Part shown: one piece after another, positions 60,390 through 64,000 of the stretch | How positions within the stretch are numbered: position 1 is the stretch's first letter | How the letters are laid out: each line of letters starts with the position of its first letter | From: Chlorokybus atmophyticus | Taxonomy: Eukaryota; Plantae; Mesostigma and Chlorokybus algae | DNA length: 64,000 nucleotides | Assembly (NCBI GenBank): GCA_009103225.1 | Contig: RHPI01003009.1 | Coordinates: 210,091-274,090, forward strand | Direction of reading: 5' to 3' | Program-made: the position numbers and the translations under genes | Notes under the pieces: generated by a model | Databases searched by the model: none | Told to the model about the DNA's origin: nothing | Seen by the model: only the letters and a program-made list of their open reading frames with translations

Positions 60390-61444
60390 AGCCAGTCCCG
60401 ATGGAACTTGATGATGAGGATGCCACTGGGGAACGTCCCCAGCACCCAAGTCAGGTAACCACAACGGCTGCAGTAGTTGTGGAACTCGTGGACAGCGATA
60501 GTGACATCATGGTGCTGGACGGGCCGGGTGCTGAAGTTGAGGCGTCAACACCTGTGCCCTTGTTTATTTACCCTAATGCAAATGCATGTGATGCGGTAAC
60601 AGTGTTTGAAGCGGACAGAAAGTTTTTGGACGGCAGACAGGAGCTCAACGACGCCGTGCTCCACTTTTTTTGCAGGTATGAGCCTTGCGTCGTTGGTGTT
60701 GTGCAGCTGTGTTATGTATGTGTCACGCACGCGCAATTATAAGGAAGAGGAGGTCGTGGGCAGAGCTGACGGCATTCATGTGAGGCTGTTCAACCCGCAT
60801 TTCTACACCAAAATTGTGCACTGCCATGAACAACATAATTGGCACAGTGGCCATCACAGGATAGATTGGTGGGATAGCGATACGTTTTTCAAGAACTTGC
60901 TGGCAGCAATTGTCAACCCAGACAACTGGTGAGAGTGAAGCCAAGTTCTCGCACTGCAGTGCTGCTGTACTTGCTTGCATGACTTTGAAGTCTGCATGCC
61001 ACAGGACTCACTGGAGTCTGCTGCTGGTGTGCAATCCTGGAGGGGAACTTGGAAGCAACACGCCGCCCTTGATCGTCAATCTCGACTCCCTTGGTCTACA
61101 TCGCAACGTCGACGGACCAATGCGCGCTTATCTAAACTATATGTGGGGCAGGAAGCATGAAAGCGAGTCGCAACAGCGCTTCTCTCCCGCAAACGTCCCG
61201 CTACTTAATCCATGGGTAGGACATGTTGTTTTGGCCTGGTGATGAGGTCACGCCCTCTCCTGGCACAATCCCTATGTAGATGCACATACGTTTGGTTCCC
61301 CCGCATTGACATAGCGTGTTCGTGCAAGTCCCTTAGCAGAGGGATGGAGTTGCGTGCGGGCTGTTTGTCATGGTTTACCTTGACAAGTTTATAGATGTAA
61401 TACAAGCTGGTCCAGTCGAGCAAAACGCCCCAAGATTTCAGCAG
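60390..61444 (+). pseudogene. ULP1 / peptidase C48 SUMO-protease domain (spliced; premature TAG at 61334)
   Basis: LFIYP...DAVTV...LNDAVLHFF, FNPHFYTKI, THWSL (His 61009), NLDSL, VP*QRDGVACGLFV (Cys 61355). Confidence 0.85.
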
Positions 61445-61794
61445 GTACAGCTCATGCATTGAAATGTCTCCATATGGCAGCTGCCTTAGTGCAAAGTCGT
61501 GTAGGTTGACATGTGTTGAGCAACCAGATGGTGTGGGTGTGTGCAACGCAGATACAAAAGGATTGGTTTCGTCCAAAAGAGGCAGACAGCTTAAGGCGAT
61601 GACTGCGAACACTCATGGACAGCATGCCAGCACAGCAAACATCACGGCGGATGTGAAGTAGCAGGCGGTTGGTACATAGCTAAATTGTAGTCAAACGCAC
61701 AAGTTCATTGGCCAGCTGTGTAATAGTAGCCCAAGCTAACTTTGTGCTTAATAGAATTTGGAATGCAAGCCGTTAGCATGCTTGCCTTTTCAAC

Positions 61795-61945
61795 GGCACT
61801 TGGGACTTAGTGTAATTTCACAGCGGCAGTTTTGCTAAGTGGTGTTGAACATTCAATGGCACTTGGCACTTGGTGTAATTTCACAGCGGCAGTTTTGTCA
61901 AGTGGTGTTGAATTTTCGATGGCACTCGGGACTTGGTGTATTTCA
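61795..61945 (+). repeat. 63-bp tandem repeat, about 2.4 copies
   Basis: Units start at 61795, 61858 and 61921 (GGCACTTGG.ACTT.GTGTAATTTCACAGCGGCAGTTTTG...). Confidence 0.9.
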
Positions 61946-61955
61946 TGCTATATGT

Positions 61956-62798
61956 ATATGAGTTCATGAAGCGCATGAAATGCGCGCCCATGAACTCAAG
62001 AACTCGTTAATGAGTTATGAGACTCTTGTGCCCCTAGTGCCTCGGGCACTAGGGGGGCACAAGCACTCACTAGGCGTGAGTATGAGCCACAAGCTCCTTA
62101 TCTAGTCGCTTGAAACCCTAGCACGGCGGCGCCATCCTTGGCGAGGGTGGCGAGTGTGGTGAGGGGGAAGGGGGACCTTCACCATGGAGGTTGACGCGGG
62201 CGCAAGCAAGCGCCCAAGGGCAAGGCGAGGACGTGGAAGCCTCGGCGGCGGCGGCTCTCATGGCCTCCAACCGCTTGGCAAAGGCGAGAAGTCCGCGTCG
62301 CCAGACCTTGAGTGAGGAGGAGGAGAGGCGAGCGGAGAGTGAGGAGAAAAGAAAGCACCCCCCCGTGGTGGATGGGGAGGAGGTGAACAAGGATGGTGAT
62401 GGTGATGGTGATGGTCATGATGAGGATAATCATGACGACGACGACCCGCCCGCGGTCACTTACAAGCGTAGAAAGAGGGCAGCAAGCCCGGTTTCCAACG
62501 CCTCCACCACACCCACGGAGGCCATGGCGAGGAAGTTGGAGGAGTTGGAAGCGAAAAACATCCGCCTCAAGCGTGGAAAAGCGCCCGCCATCCCTCTTGA
62601 TGAGCCCATGGACGAGCCCAACCATCCACTATTTGTGAGCATCCTTCGCCGCGAGAGCGACTCCAGCACTCCTAATGCTCGGGTGGCGGCGATGTGCAAC
62701 CGCTACACCGAGCCCGCGACCCCTTGGAAGGAGAACTTGAAGAAGCGGGCTCGGCAACATGTGGATGTGGCGGCTCACATCGGGGCGGCGGCGAGCTC
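61956..62798 (+). mobile_element. 3'-truncated DIRS/PAT-like copy (A repeat plus start of ORF1)
   Basis: Near-identical to the reverse complement of about 29925-30789. Flanked by CTATATGT at 61948-61955 and 62799-62806. Confidence 0.92.
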
Positions 62799-63229
62799 CT
62801 ATATGTTCCCTGAATATGACGGTGACTATGCAATGGTATTTAGGACTCTAGGTTTTTGCGGCAAGCCGTAGCCAGCACCACACACGCTGGGTGATTATTC
62901 TGCTGTTTGGGCACTGACAATTCATTGTACCATATTGGTCATAAAGTACAACTTGACTGACCTTGAATATGCATGAAATACTCAGTTTGAAATTCAAAGT
63001 ATACGGGTTGAAACGAGGTTCAGTGGTATGTATGTTGAATATGAATGCGTCTTGCGGGTGAAGAACGCTGTTCCTTTTTGCAGGGATGGGACAGAAAGTA
63101 CAATAACCATTGGATATTCACGGACAAAAGGCGTGAAACGGATCAAGTCATTAAGATTCAGACGAAATGGCGTGAATAATCGGGGGGTCCCAAAATTACC
63201 GGTGTGTGCTCTTACAAAAGAGTAGACTA

Positions 63230-64000
63230 TACAGTCTACCCCCGTTCAAAGACTTCGGTTTAAGAGAGTAACCCCGTTGAGATCATAAATTTGCAAAAGA
63301 CGAATAATTTTACACGCAAATATCATTGGTTAGTGGAATAGTTTTGTACGCAATAAAACTACAACGGAGGGTTAAAATTTTGAGTGAGCTCAGTCTTGTT
63401 ACGGGAGAATACCTCGTTAATGGCATGCTTTTTCCAATATTATAAGCATAAACATATTATAAGACATAGTTAAGTACATAATCACTTTATTGTTGACTAG
63501 TATGATTTAATTCATGCCACATTAGAATATAATAATGTGGCTTACGGTTATTTCGCAATAGCCTTGTTAGTAAAATATATATAAAATGTATATTGTGTAA
63601 AACATAAGAGAGTATATATTATTGTAAACGCTAAGAGAATAACCCCGTTGATGGAATACAAGCTGAAAGATACACGTGATTTTTATAGCGGAGGTAGATT
63701 GTACAGTTAAGGTACATAGTTGTACCTAATCACATTGAAACATTCATTGTACAGTCTACCCCCCTTTAGAGCATACTGTTTGTTTTCATACATAGTATGC
63801 TCATGGCGGGGTTATGGTCTTGGCAATATTAATATGCTCTTACACATTATGAGCAACTGTATGCTATAAAGCAGTTTAATACGCCCATCACGCCCATTAC
63901 ATCACGCGCATTACGTCACGTCTAATATGCCATCTCGCTTATTACGCTGATTACGTGTTGCACTGTACCCATTACGCCTGGTCCATCACACTCATTACGC
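63230..64000. repeat. AT-rich subterminal-like region with short direct and inverted repeats
   Basis: TAAGAGA.TAACCCCGTTGA at 63261 and 63632; TACAGTCTACCCCC at 63230 and 63750, plus a related inverted copy near 63690; GAGCATA/TATGCTC and ATTACG motif clusters. Confidence 0.75.

Larger units (their letters stand above)
38814..64000. mobile_element. putative giant CACTA/EnSpm-like DNA transposon (runs off the window), with nested gypsy and DIRS insertions
   Basis: Inverted homology between 38814-38920 and 63795-63893 with repeated TATGCTCTT/AAGAGCATA motifs. EnSpm TnpD C-terminal domains and ULP1 lie inside. No CACTA terminus or TSD is visible. Confidence 0.5.

Noticed and set aside
63028-63225. 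65-aa ORF in the AT-rich terminal region
   Set aside because: No motif support; it lies among subterminal repeats.

Overview
Eukaryotic, GC-rich, intron-rich DNA, most likely a green alga. A plant-type C2-phospholipase D and an AT-AC (U12) intron point to a streptophyte alga, but this is inference. The window has two parts. (1) 0-22 kb is gene-dense: an apparently intact, intron-containing pogo DNA transposon (885-4344), then five host genes - a GT71 alpha-mannosyltransferase, a PGP phosphatase (PGPP1-like), a SAC1-type phosphoinositide phosphatase, phospholipase D and an MFS transporter. (2) 22-64 kb is nested, mostly decayed transposon DNA: two Copia pieces, pieces of split-direct-repeat tyrosine-recombinase (DIRS/PAT-like) retrotransposons, gypsy remnants and a full-length chromovirus (47475-53599). 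From about 38.8 kb to the window end lies what looks like one very large CACTA/EnSpm-like DNA transposon. It contains the C-terminal half of a TnpD transposase and a chromatin-modifier cargo: an OTU deubiquitinase-like ORF, an NSD-type PHD-C5HCH module, a ULP1 SUMO-protease domain, and a Tudor-fused, phage/bacterial-type C5 cytosine methyltransferase. That cargo set is the most novel-looking feature. All domain calls come from reading motifs by eye; no database searches were run. Exon borders were inferred from splice signals and reading-frame continuity.
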